A DNA stretch of 64,000 nucleotides from Lingula anatina (lineage: Eukaryota > Animalia > Brachiopoda), in NCBI GenBank assembly GCA_051362555.1, contig CM120640.1:66938788-67002787 (forward strand), given 5' to 3'. Within the stretch, counting starts at the first letter, position 1; every line of letters begins with the position of its first letter. The position numbers were made by a program, and so were the translations under genes. Shown piece after piece: positions 51,388-64,000 of this stretch. The notes beneath the pieces are model-generated. The model was not told where the DNA came from. It did not search any database and saw only the letters and a program-made list of their open reading frames with translations.

Positions 51388-52351
51388 ATGACGATGGAGA
51401 GCATGGGGGAACTCCACGATCAAACGCTGACAGACTCTGGCGTCGGGTCCCCTGCCGGCAGTCACGACCTGATGAGCCCAGATCTGTCTCCTTCGATCTC
51501 GAGGAACGGAGGACTTGCCGTCAGTGTTGCAAGCATGATCGACAGTCACGAATTCAGATCACAAATGCCGGAATCAGCTACTTACCAGACTCTGAACACT
51601 GTTAACGGCCGCATGAGCCCGAATTACAACAATAGCTACGCCACCCTCACACCTCTACAGCCACTACCACCGATATCTACTGTGTCAGATAAATTTTCAC
51701 GGGAAGCACATACACCAAGCGTAAGTGGAAGTTTTACTCTCATGCAGAACAATGGTTATGGAATTGACATGAACGGTTACCGTTCTGACAAACCGCTGAG
51801 CATGTCCAGTATGAATATGGGGCCATCACTGGGAGCCTCCAGTCCCATGTCCATGGCCATGATGAACACTTCTGGATTCCCAAATTATGGTATACAAGAA
51901 CCATACCAAGCTCAGTATGCCAAACCTGAACCACGAATGTCAATGTCCCCCAATGGGTATGACCCCTACACAGGCTTGCCTCACCAGATAGGGAGACTGC
52001 AATCTCCTAGCCCAATGATCAATGGTCTACATTCAACACACTCTCCCCATGGGCTATCTGTAATGAAGGAACGCTCGGGTCTTGATTCCAAATCATCGAA
52101 TAGTCAAGAATTAGAAGAGATCAACACAAAAGAGCTAGCCCAAAGAATCAGCAGTGAATTAAAGCGATACAGCATACCTCAGGCAGTGTTCGCACAGCGG
52201 GTTCTATGTCGTAGTCAGGGGACTCTGAGTGACCTCCTTCGCAATCCCAAGCCCTGGAGCAAGCTGAAGTCAGGGCGGGAAACCTTTCGGCGCATGTGGA
52301 AGTGGCTTCAAGAACCCGAATTTCAACGCATGTCAGCACTGCGATTGGCAG
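51388..52351 (+). CDS. ONECUT: Onecut/HNF6 transcription factor, first coding exon (TP box + CUT domain); homeodomain exon not in window
   Basis: TP box YATLTPLQPLPPISTVSDKF. CUT domain EEINTKELAQRISSELKRYSIPQAVFAQRVLCRSQGTLSDLLRNPKPWSKLKSGRETFRRMWKWLQEPEFQRMSALRLA, followed by a phase-1 donor GCAG|GTGGGT at the usual Onecut intron position. The ORF tail after 52351 is intronic. Confidence 0.97.
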
Positions 52352-55300
52352 GTGGGTTGTGTAAGTGTACAGTGCTTTATTACTTTCTTATTTCCTTTGT
52401 CTAAGATAGTGTGAATTATGGATAATATTTGACTTAATACAAAGTATATATTTGGAACATTTTCATTGTAACACTAAAGACAAAGTATCTTTTTAAAATT
52501 GTAACAATTGTCATTGGAAATTTACCTTAGTGACCCAAGCAGCTGTGATTTGTGTGCAAGTAGAGTGATATGGCTCTTAGCTGTGTCAACTAATGACAGG
52601 TGGTCAATATGAGTTATCATCAAATTGGTCTGTGTAACTGCACTTGCTGATAGCCATATCAACATTGCTCTTTGTAATGGGTCATGTACAGTGTGTATTA
52701 CATCTAATCCGTGTTTTACTTGTATTGGTAATAATTGTGACTTTAATTTCAGAGGAGACCCATGCTATTGCAATACTTAAAGATGTGTTTATGTGTATAC
52801 GTGTGTGTGTTGGTGGAAAAATGACTGTCCCAGAAGATAACAAATTTGCTTTTGATTCTACCTCTGCCTGGCAGTGTAGTAATTCATTCTGAGGAATGAT
52901 TTGTGCTGAGAATGAATGTCCTTGTTGTATGCCCTTGCGTTGATTGTAATTTATTCACCATCTCTTTCTGACAGATCTGGCATTTATTTCTTGGAATGAT
53001 GTATGTAAATTAGACCCTAGGTCTGCCTTGTGCCATGTCCTACAGCTCTGCAGTTTTCCTCTAACTACTTGACATTCATGACTCCATTCACCCAGAACTA
53101 AATGTAATTTTCACCGCATCACGTCTTCATTGCAAGGTTTATATTTAATTTTCACCAATATGAATTACTGTAATGCATTTTACTATTTGTAGGACAAATA
53201 GCTCTGTGATTATTTTATTGGTAGTAACATGGAAATAATCTCCTTCGAGTTTTTCTTGGGATAGATGCGTCTGTGGTTTTATTCCTGCCTTGATTGCTTT
53301 TGTTTAGTTTTACGCATAGTCTCAGCTGTTGTACAGAAATTCACTTTGATATTCATGAGCTTTGGGCTGATAATATGACCCATTCAATCTCATTTCTGAG
53401 AGTCACAACTGATTCTCTAAGAACTCAAGTCCTCCTTTTCCTGTTCTTAATTCATCAACTGTTTCCATGAAGACTGCATATTTCTATAATAAGATTGTAA
53501 GGCAGTCATTGTTTGTTGGGAGCAGATATTTCATGGAGTGTTTGTAAAGAAGAACAATGTGGTTAGGTAGAACAAAAACGCTGCTGTCATGATCCACCAT
53601 TAGTTAAATTGAAAGCAGTTAATGCTATGTCTAGGTTTGGTTGGTCAAGTATCTCATGGGCGTTGTGTTGTACTAAATAAATGATCACACTTCAGTTATA
53701 GCTGTGGGAATAAAATTGAGGAATATTTTCTCATTTGTGTGGTATTCACACTGACAGTGTGACAGCTCATTAATTTGTACTGTCCTCAGCATCATTTCTT
53801 CCTGGCATAGACTATAAGTAAATTGCTAGGAAGATGTGTTATTAAGGATCAGTGGTCACAGCAGAAGTAAAGATTGCCAGGACAGCTCTTCTAACCAAAA
53901 TCTTCACCTTTGTGTGAAGTGAGGTTGATATTCAGAATTTGATATGGAAAGGTGAAATATGAAGACCCAAGAGATAAGTTTTAATTCGTCTCTGCACCGA
54001 ATGAAAGTATATGAAACCCACAAAAAGCTACATAATACCACCTATGACATTTTTCAACAGATTTCTCATAACATCATTGAATTATGCTTTATTCATCATG
54101 AATACACTTGTTTTCTTAGAATAGAACAAATTGTATATATACATTATAGAAACACATTGAAAGGATTCAAAATTTGATAAGATTTTGCACTTGTCTTTAT
54201 CCATTTCTTTGTATTACTGTTGGATGAACATTTTAAAAGACTGTAATTTTGCTTAAAGAAAATGAAAGCATTACTCGCAAAAGAACAAGTTGGTTTAAGA
54301 AAAAGAAAAAAAGCATTTTTATATCTCCATGTGAATAGCAAGCTGTTCTTTAAGAAAAAGACAACAAATGGTATCTTCTCATGTAAAAACAAATCCTAGC
54401 TGATTCATTCCTTTTTGAAGATCAGCAAAGTAATAGCCACGTTCATATTGCTCTTGCTTACAATATAACTCGTGCTTCCTGAAGCCAAGCAAAGTGCATA
54501 ATTTTCCAGGATTTTTGAGTGCCGTCTTTAGAAATGTCTAATGTTAAAGGCAAAACCAGAATTGAATAGTAGCAGTAGAGTTGAAGCAACATCAAGGTTT
54601 AAGAGTTTGTTGGTACAGTGAATATGTTTTCAAATACAAAATGTCATTTACTGACCAACTGATGGTGAAAATCTCAATTTCCGTTCAGTGCGAATTTAGA
54701 AAATTACCTAAGCATGCCCAAGTCATTGTCTGCGTGGCTTAAATACCTATGTCTATTTGTTCCACTAATTGCAGGGGATTACGTCTTCCAGCGCTCAACT
54801 CCTTGCTGGCAGATTACGGGGGTAATAGTCTTAGCTAAATAATGAGGACCACTAAACAGTTTAAAAGAATGGGATTTGTCCAGAGAAATTCTGAACACAT
54901 TAACTCACAACAGCTCAATAAAAAGACTAACAGTTGGATGAATTATGGAAAATTCTATTTACTTTAGTCTGGTTTATGTCAGACAGAACTCAGAATGTTG
55001 TTCCTCCACTCTAATGCTATATGGCTCAGTGAGAGAAAAGCAAGTGATGCATGCACCGACAATTTTATTGTCACCGGTGTTTGATAGATAACACCAGTAC
55101 ATGGAAACAGTATAATGTTAAAACCTTTGATTCTGATCTTTGAAAGCACATTTGTGCATTTGGGGAGATAAAGGCTAGAATTTCTCTGCTCTGAAAATAA
55201 ATTCTTAATTAACGTACTCTCCATTTTTCATGTTGGCCATGCAAGCTCTGGGACTCTGTGTTAATTATCTGGCATTGGCAATTGCATGCTGAACATGAAA

Positions 55301-55731
55301 TTTAATAAATCAGGTTATTTGGTTATAGCATCCACTGTAGCTTGCATAGCAGGTAAACATCAGGGATGACTGCTTTCCTTAGCAACTGCTTCGTTTGCCC
55401 AAGATTATATCCAGTGTTGAAGGAAAGATATGGCCACAAATAAAAAAGTTAGTCAGCAATGGGCTAAAGTCTACCATTCCATGATTAAGTCCAATCAGCC
55501 AGAGATAAGTGTTCCTTGATTGGGTACTACAGGGCAATTCTATCAATGGTGGTCACAGCATAGGCAGCATATGGCTATGCCAGAGTAATTGCCTATCTAA
55601 GGTAATACCGGCCTCTTTGTCACCTGTCCTTCTTTGTCCACCAGTTAGTGCCACCAACCTGCAGCTATTAGGTTGTCAACTGTTACCCTCATCTGAAGCA
55701 GACAGACAGACAGCCTCATGAATAGTGACAT

Positions 55732-55775
<44 letters not shown>
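55732..55775. repeat. (AT)n microsatellite
   Basis: Directly visible. Confidence 0.95.
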
Positions 55776-55777
<2 letters not shown>

Positions 55778-58700
55778 CTCATTCCTTTCTCACATTTGTA
55801 CATTATAGATAAGTAAACGAATCACATACATATGGTTATTTTTGTGATTTTTTGAAAGCTGTTGGTATTAAGTATTTGATTGGTACTGTGAAAGTATTTT
55901 ACACGATGCTGTAAATGCCTTTTTAGGTTCTGGGCAGTTGAAGTTTGTCATCTATGGAAAATAACTAAATTAAGCGTTCCTTTGTCAAAGTTCAGTCTTT
56001 TAATATAGAACGGCTTGGACAGATTGCTTCTTTAAGACCTAAGTTGGCACAATATGTTACCATTCTAGTGGAATTGGAAATCCCTTGATGATTAAAAATG
56101 TGCACGGTTAATTAGATATGCGCTTCATCAGTAGGTAAATTGCATGTCCTTGCTGCTATTTCTTTATTACATATTTATGAAATACATGAAAGAATTGTGT
56201 CTTCTTATCTCCCAGTCTCAGTACATGTTGTTTTTATTGACATCTCAAGGTATTTCCCAGTTTATTGTGAAATCAATATGATTACATTGCTTACCATTCT
56301 AGGACAAGGATTCCCCTCAATTTCACAATCTTTATTGGATTTTCCTTCATGTTTGGGGTTAGTTCAACTTTGATCAGGTTGCCAGTGCAAACAGAGAGAT
56401 CGGCAGATCTAGGTGCATTGACAAGGTGTTAAACTGTCTGGGAGGCTGGGATTGCTCACAGAGGGGGAGGTACAGGGCAATTAGGGGTGAAAGCTCAAAA
56501 AGTGTTGATTTTTTCAAGGATTTGGGCAAGTCAGACTAGTGGAAGATGTTTGCTGAAGGAAGATTCCTCTAGCATATTCCTCTAATATCCCAAGGGAGGC
56601 GGGTAATGGTATTTCATCTGGACTTGGCTACCAGAATTACACCTTGCTAATTTCACACCCTCTGTTGCTCATGTTGCTTTGCAGGAGGAAGAAAATTACT
56701 TCCAGCTTAGCTAATGTTGTCCCTTTGGTGCATGGGTTAAATTTAGAGTAACATTTTGTGCATCTTAAAAAGTTTATTTCACCCAACAGTCAGGCTGGGT
56801 GGTTTTGTCTTGTGTTTTTCATGCTGTCGTGATAATATGTGTAATTCCCCTTGTGTTGCATTTCCCTAGCTACCCTCATAGTTATCTGTGATAAAGTGTT
56901 TTTCAGGATGTCAAAGTATTGATAACACCAAATTAGATGACACAGGTTTCTAGGTTTCACAGGCATTGAAATCTTGATCAGCCCCAAGAACATGCTTTCA
57001 GTCGGTCAAGTATGATATAGGCCAGGTCAGATTAAAAACATGTCTTTCCTGCATGACTATATAAAATATCCCAATTTGGCCTTTATCAAAGTGATGTGTG
57101 TTTATCTTTTGATTAATATGGAATGGATAGGGATTGGGTGTTATTAATATATGATCTAAAAAAGATGTTATGGCCACTGCTTGCAGATTAATTAAGACAG
57201 GTCTGCACACTAGCCCCTCATCTTGTGATTCTGTAATCCAGCAGTTGCTGTGGCTCAACTTCTTGGGCTGCTAGAAAACTCTTAATAAAAGTGTCTCTCC
57301 TTCATTCATTGCAGTTGACATACTGCAGTGTTGCATTGAGAGAGTTCAACATATAACTGGGGAGGATTTTGTGCACACAAGAATGTATATGCATTATCAT
57401 GATCAAGGACTGAAGCACAGAAGTCTAATCCAACCCTTCATCTTTCTAGAATCTGGTTGTAATTAACTTAGAAATCCCTTGGCTCTCAGAGGCAGCATTG
57501 TGTTGAAGATAGACAAGAGCACAGAAGGTCAGCCACTAGGGGCGTAGAAATTTACAGCCGCATCTTCAGCTGCCTAGGAAAGAAATTGCATTATATTTAT
57601 CTGGGAACTGCCATTTCTCTGTCATCTGAGGAGCACAAGTTTCAAATAAATGGCACTTGCCATTTTGGTTAAAAGTAATTATCCTCTTGTCACTAAAACC
57701 ACCCCCTTTTTTAAAAAAAAGTGTCCACTGTAACAGACAACTTGCCAGAGATATAATGGAACAAAAACATCAGATAAAACTGAAATGAGTTGGTCAAATA
57801 CTGAAGAACTGTTGGGGGAATAAGACATAAATATACTTCTTCATCACAATCATGTATAAATACTGTTAGGTTAATTGCACTCACTCAAAGTTATTACACT
57901 AGGTCGCACCAAACAAAGGATCTCAATTCTTTGTCCTCGCTATAATATGAAAGAGAACCATAAAAGGGGTGTTTTGTATGGCAGTGAGGAATATGAAAGT
58001 GGGGTTCCCAGTATAACGTTCCCAATATAATGTCAACCTGAAGGATGTGTGTGTTGAAAATTCACTTCACAGATTAGCAGTGCTATGATTAAAAATTAAT
58101 GTTTCATAATTTCCCTGGATAATATTTCTAAATAACAATCATATTGAAAATTATAAGACGTTTGGTTTATGCTAAGATCAACCTTTTTATCAAGCAGTGA
58201 TGTATAAAGCAATTAATTATACCAAATAAATGCAATATGAAATTGACAGACTGCATATCCTTTTTGATATGAAAAACTGATTTTCATGTTTTTTCATATT
58301 CATTCCAATATTACAATTTGATATATTACAGATTTATCGTTTCACCAGAGTTCTTCTTGAGTGACATCTTTTCCCAGAATATAAAATAAGTCACTCTGTG
58401 TCAAGGATCTGCTAACAACAACAAAAAAAAAATACTTGTCTATACATTTGGTTGTAAATGGAACTTAACCAAAATAAAAGCTTTAAAACCTTAGGTTTTG
58501 CGTCCACATTAAACTGAGACCCTAACATTTATCATTTCTATGGATCATAGACCATAAATTGATCTAGGAATTATTTCCATAACCACCCACATGTTCAGCA
58601 TATCCACTCTAGTAGCTACAGCCCTGTTTCAAGCAATATTAATAACCATCTCTCTGGGGCAGGTTTATCTTGCTCAACTGCCCTATTTCAGGATAATCTG

Positions 58701-61700
58701 CATGTGCATTCGCCATGTTCCAGCTCCCCTTGCCAAGAGAAGAACTGGTTGAACATGTTTAACTTCTGTGATATAATGAACCCTAGTGGGATTCTACACA
58801 CATGGTGTTGGGTTTGTACACTGTATTGTATGTACATGATGAGGAAAAGTTGTTTGTGGTGGCAGAAGTGCGTACCTTGTGTGCTTTCTGTATTGCAGCA
58901 ATGAGAAATGTTGGAGTGCAAAACTGCCCAAGATATAGAGAAAGGACAATATTTACTCCTCTGGGAGAGAGTTGATTCTTTCTGGAAGACTTAGAAAATG
59001 AAAATAAATAGAGAATATTCTGCTCTCTAGGGACCTCTGCATGGAAACTATATTCATTGTGTCATTCTAAATTTATATATAATGACTTTTAAAATACTCA
59101 AACTGAATAGTCTTGAACAAGAGCAAGCAAAAAAAAAAAAGGATGTCTGATAGGAATAAGGGTCATGAAATGTCACATGATATGAGTGTGGAAGATTAAT
59201 TGGAGTTTTTGATGAGAGGATTTGTGGGCCAGGCCAGGATCGGAAGATGCGTTTGCATGTTTGGTAGAGAATTTTATTACAGCTTCTTGGCATCCAGTAC
59301 AATTCCCTGTCAGGCAACCTTGGATTTCCCAGTAATCACCCTTAATTTGATGAAAATTGCATCTAATTATTGCCATGGTAACCAGTTTTCATTCATAAGA
59401 AACAAGGGGGTGATGATGAAGTGGCCATGTTTTGACATGATTTGATAGAGATGGAATCCATTATTAATGACAACATCTCTGTGAAAAAGTCCCCGAGTTG
59501 GAACAGTACTTATAATAATACTTCACACAGAACAACCTTGATGACATCTGCGCCAATCTCCTCTAGGCTTCCACCCTATACAGAGGAGAACAAAACATGT
59601 ACATTAACTAAGCAAACATTCCCAATTACACACTCAGCTCGCTTATTTTGTGTTGAAACTCTGAAATCTGAAACACAAATCATATTCAATTTAGACTGGT
59701 TTCCTGGTTTGTAAACAATTACTTATTGTGTTTGGTGAAAGGTAATGTTTCTGTGTTTTCCATTGTCTAATGACTGCAAAGATGAACTCCAAGCAGACAA
59801 AGTAAGAGAAAATAGAACATTTGTGTAGTTGCCAAGCAGCATTTTACTGTAACTATGAAACCTTTTAGAGGCAATTGCTCATTGTGATTTAACTACAGAG
59901 AAATGAATGTCCCTGCTAAAATTGTATCTAGAGACTAGAACAGGGAGGGGGGAATGTTTAATTTATAATGGTGTATATTCTTATTCTAAAAAAATAAAAC
60001 CTTTAAATGTGGAGAGAGGCTAAATTTGGAAAATTTACTTTGGTTTCTTAAACTTAGGTCAGTTTTATGAATTTTAGTATGACTGGTAAACTTCTCCCAT
60101 ATACTCTTGTCCTGAAATCAAGCTTTTTTTTTCTTTGAGCCCAAATTAGATCATTCTGTTACAAGTACACAGATAAATTCTCTTGTTAGCTTTTTAATAC
60201 ATGCATATCTTTTGCTGTGATGTGAAATGACAGTCTTGTCTTATTGGCTTCCCCAGAGAAACTCACAGATGTGGTGTAAAAACATGAAGTCTGCAACTTA
60301 CTTGATGTGTTGTGGTACATGTTTTACTCAATGGAAAGCAGTCTTCCCAGTGAATGCAGTTAATACCTTGAAGTTATATTACGTCCACTCTCTGTAACTG
60401 GACACCCTTAGTGCTTGATCAGTTTTTAATTTAATGGATTTTTTTCCTAACATTCATCAGATATATTTTTGATATTCTGATAAGTTAGATTTATATGGTC
60501 TGGTTATGATTACATTCATGGTATTAGATGCTCATTTGTGATGGATCAGTTATACTCTACATTACTTAAAAGATAGGAATCCATTCTCTTGCGCAATAAA
60601 TGTAATAGTAAACGTCTTTTTTCGCATAGCAGAAAACAGTGAAAGGGTGCTATGCATCCCCTGTTTTCCTTGTCAAGTATAATTATTCTCCAAAGTTTGA
60701 TTGATATTGGTGAGAAAGGGAGCTGAAATTGTAGAGTTCTGCAACTAGGCATAATTGCACTGAAGATGGAACCATCTCTAACGTATGTGTTATGTTGGCT
60801 CATCACCACATAACAGATCATTGTCCTGTTATTAAATTATATATGAGCATGTATATGCGAGTAACACCTTGGTGAATCCTTTCCAATATAAATTGATGTA
60901 GTAATGATAATTTGTCTCTCTTGTGAGACTTTTGGCAGCCATGGAATCAGCACAACTCTAGGCAAGAGTGCAAGCACATTTGTCATTGACACTGACAACT
61001 TGGTAATGAATTGCTCAAGTGAAACAATTACATCAAAATGCACAGGCTACAAAGACCTGTGTTCATAAGCAATTATTTCTGTGGGAAATCAAACCTTCAC
61101 TTACTTTCCCCAGGAACAGAATGTTTGTCTTTATTGGGTGAGTTTCTTTTCCCCTGCCTTGAGTTACATCAAACATAGTTATTTTAAGTATTGTTAGATT
61201 TGGACACGTGCGTCATGGTCTCTTGTGAAGCCTCTGTATGACTTTGTGCATGGAGGAAGTAATGCAATTAGTGTATATTACTGTTAATGGGAGAAAGTTT
61301 GCCTGCTTTTCTCAGATGATCATTAACTCTATTCATAACCTTTAATGGATGAGGTACACAATGGATTCATAGAGATATGGTCTGAATAGGCCGAATCACC
61401 CAGAATTCACAGTGATCCAAGTAGCCTAGTGAAAGCAGAATGAAATTTTCGTGTATGTCAGCATGAATGAATAATCAGCCTAACTCCCAAGCCAGGACAT
61501 TTTCATCATCTGCGCTGCTTCACATAGGCCTTTATGCCTTGGGCTGCCAGCCACCCAGCAGCATTACTTGGTTAATTACATTTCATCTCCAGCTTGTCAG
61601 CACACATTTAGATCAGGAATTACTGGCTGAAAGCCTTAGACAAAAAACTACACATTTTCTACATGTCTGTATTTTATCATATTAATCTGTAATGCTTGTA

Positions 61701-62642
61701 AAAGTTATGGCAAATTTTAGGAACATCTTTTGCAGGAAATTGTTCTGTATTTGTATATCTTTTTTAGCGATTTGCAGACCTTTTTTCAGGGTCTTGGACA
61801 AATATTATCTATTTTGATCTAAAGAATGACTGGCCCCACATCTTGTTAAATCAGGCTTGACAATATATTTTTTGCATGAGGCATTCTGATTAAATACTCA
61901 GATTCAATCTTTGATTTGTGTACAGCTTTAAAAAGACAGATTGTTGTTCTGTACAAAATTATGAAGATTACCAATCATAGAAAACAAAAAAGCATTACTA
62001 GCTATTGTTATTTTCATTTGTAAGGCATTTCAAACTGCTTTGATGTTTTACTGAAACCCACAATACTTAATAGGATTTTTGGATGTAAAAATACCTTTAT
62101 CCATTCAGAAACTCTTTTGAATTTTTTCAGCTGAATTTTTTTCTTTTTTTCTGAATTGATGCCACATTAATAGGTTTTTTTTTCTGAGTTGAATGAGTGA
62201 AACATTTAACAGGGCATTGTAGCACCACTGAACAGACAGTATCAGTAGCCTCAGCCAATTGATCTCAATATCAATACCAATTTAGGAAAAATGAAAACAA
62301 ACAAACAAAGGTCCCAGTCTTTTGGTTTATCAGTCTAAACGTACACTGCCTCTGGTCCTGCTGCAATGAAGCAGATGTAATTGATTCACTCAGTTGAGAT
62401 ATTGATGATCAACTTTGTCCTCACTTCAGGCAGAGCTGGTGGATTACCCCTTCTTCCTGAGAGCTGCAACAACTGTTCCGTGTCTCCCTGAAATTACAGG
62501 GGGAATTATCCATAGGCATGTCAACGTAGAACTTAAAATTCACAAACCAGATGATGATTAAGCATTGATTTTATTGAAAGATCTGGTCCCACAAATAGAT
62601 GATGAGTAGGGCCCCAGCATTAGTAGCTAAGAGCTGAACTTA

Positions 62643-62901
62643 GGCTTCGTTCACATGCAATGTCTATTTTCTATTTTCTATTGTCTATTTTCGGTATGTC
62701 TTATGATCACAGTCTGTGCACTGAATATCCCGCGGCGTAATTACTGGCAGCGCGAGCCAGTTACTATAAGTTACTATAAGTAACTGGCTCGCGCTGCCAA
62801 TAATTACGCGGCGGGATATTCAGTGCACAGACCGTGATCATAAGACATACCGAAAATAGAAAATAGAAAATAGAAAATAGACATTGCATGTGAATGAAGC
62901 C
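62643..62901. mobile_element. Almost fully palindromic PIF/Harbinger-type MITE (TSD TTA)
   Basis: GGCTTCGTTCACATGCAATGTCTATTTTC...GCGCGAGCCAGTTACT / AGTAACTGGCTCGCGC...GAAAATAGACATTGCATGTGAATGAAGCC. Arms are about 125 bp with few mismatches, and TTA flanks both sides. Confidence 0.92.
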
Positions 62902-64000
62902 TTATTTGATGGTCTCTGTAGCCAGTGAAGCAGCTGCTTTTAAGGCAGCGCTTACATCCAATGTTATATTTCTGTGCAGCTGTGTATAAGAAATAGCTGT
63001 GAGACAATTTTCAATCTTCAGTACGTGGTCACTACATGGCAGTTTTCACCTTTGTAACATCTTGCTCATTGGAAAACCTTTTTTTGCCACTTCTGTTCCT
63101 ATTAATTTAGTTCAAGATAATTAAGACAGCATTCAATTGCTTTCGTTTCTTTTCTTTTCTCTTGGGCATAAAATGATTAAAAATATTTATGATGGTGGAG
63201 AAATGTTACTGGAAATTTCTTTGGCCTTCCATGAAAATACATTTGTACACAAGCAGATTTTTAGGAAAATGGTTGAAGATCATGCCTGATGTGGCATCTT
63301 AGTTAAGACTCCAAGATCTTTTAAGCAAATTATCACAACTCTGCTGGAACTAATGTAGCCATCTAAAACATTTTGAACAGTTTCATGGTTGATTAAAAAG
63401 GCATGGAAGCATGCCTCAATTTCTGTAGCTTGATGAGTAAAAGACTGTACAAAAGAATGAAGGTTAAATTAAATTGTCAAAATTTGAATTTGTGATAAAA
63501 TGTAAGCCCCAAAAATTATTTTTTATGATAATGTGACTTTATGGAAAAGTTCAAACTTTCAAATTACAGGAGATAACTTATTTTTGATAAAGCATATTGT
63601 CATTAATGTTAGTTTTTATGCTTGAGTGTCTTGAGTCTGTCTAAGAGTTCACAATTTTTAGGAATTTAGACAAGAACAAAAAGCACAATTCCATAAATAT
63701 CTGTCCACAACTTAACACCTTGTGCTCAACATACCAGAAGAAAACCCATTGTTTGCATTCATTCCAAAAGAAAATTCTCCAAAATGTATATCATAAAATA
63801 TTGATGACTTTATTGTTCATTAAGTACAACAAGGTCTCTTTACAAATAATGAAAAATATTATTCACGATTTCATAACAAAGACTTCAAACAAAGTCACCT
63901 TTCCCCCTTGCGCTAGCAACTGCATTGTTTCATGCAAGCAATTAAAAGAGATCAGTGGTTTTCCATATGTTCTGCTTGAATAGTCTCCGCAAATGAGGTG

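Noticed and set aside
52352-64000. Onecut homeodomain exon or nested genes in the long intron
   Set aside because: No CKRKE/homeodomain-encoding segment found. The listed ORFs are short, low-complexity and lack consistent splice signals.

Overview
AT-rich, intron-rich genomic DNA from an animal, probably a non-insect invertebrate; the lineage cannot be fixed from sequence alone. I reconstructed spliced genes by hand from GT-AG junctions and frame continuity. In order they are: an MFSD2-family transporter (minus strand, runs off the left edge); ENOSF1, head-to-head with it (16 exons, complete); a six-exon gene for two ubiquitin-like domains, the second ending in MRLRGG, fused to an RBR-type E3 ligase with half a RING1; a probable 110-aa orphan gene; a PDZ-only ALP/Enigma/Zasp-like gene with a Q/Y/P-rich tail; WDR4/TRM82 (minus, 10 exons, complete); and the first coding exon of Onecut/HNF6, followed by a long intron. 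The best candidate for an undescribed system is the di-Ubl-LRGG-RBR gene. Its upstream region has an ISRE-like element next to the TATA box and two duplicated NF-kB-type sites, which suggests an immune-inducible ISG15-like modifier encoded in one polypeptide with its own ligase (inference). Five short inverted-repeat transposons, from about four families, share 5-bp target-site duplications. Most ORF-track entries are spurious intronic ORFs.
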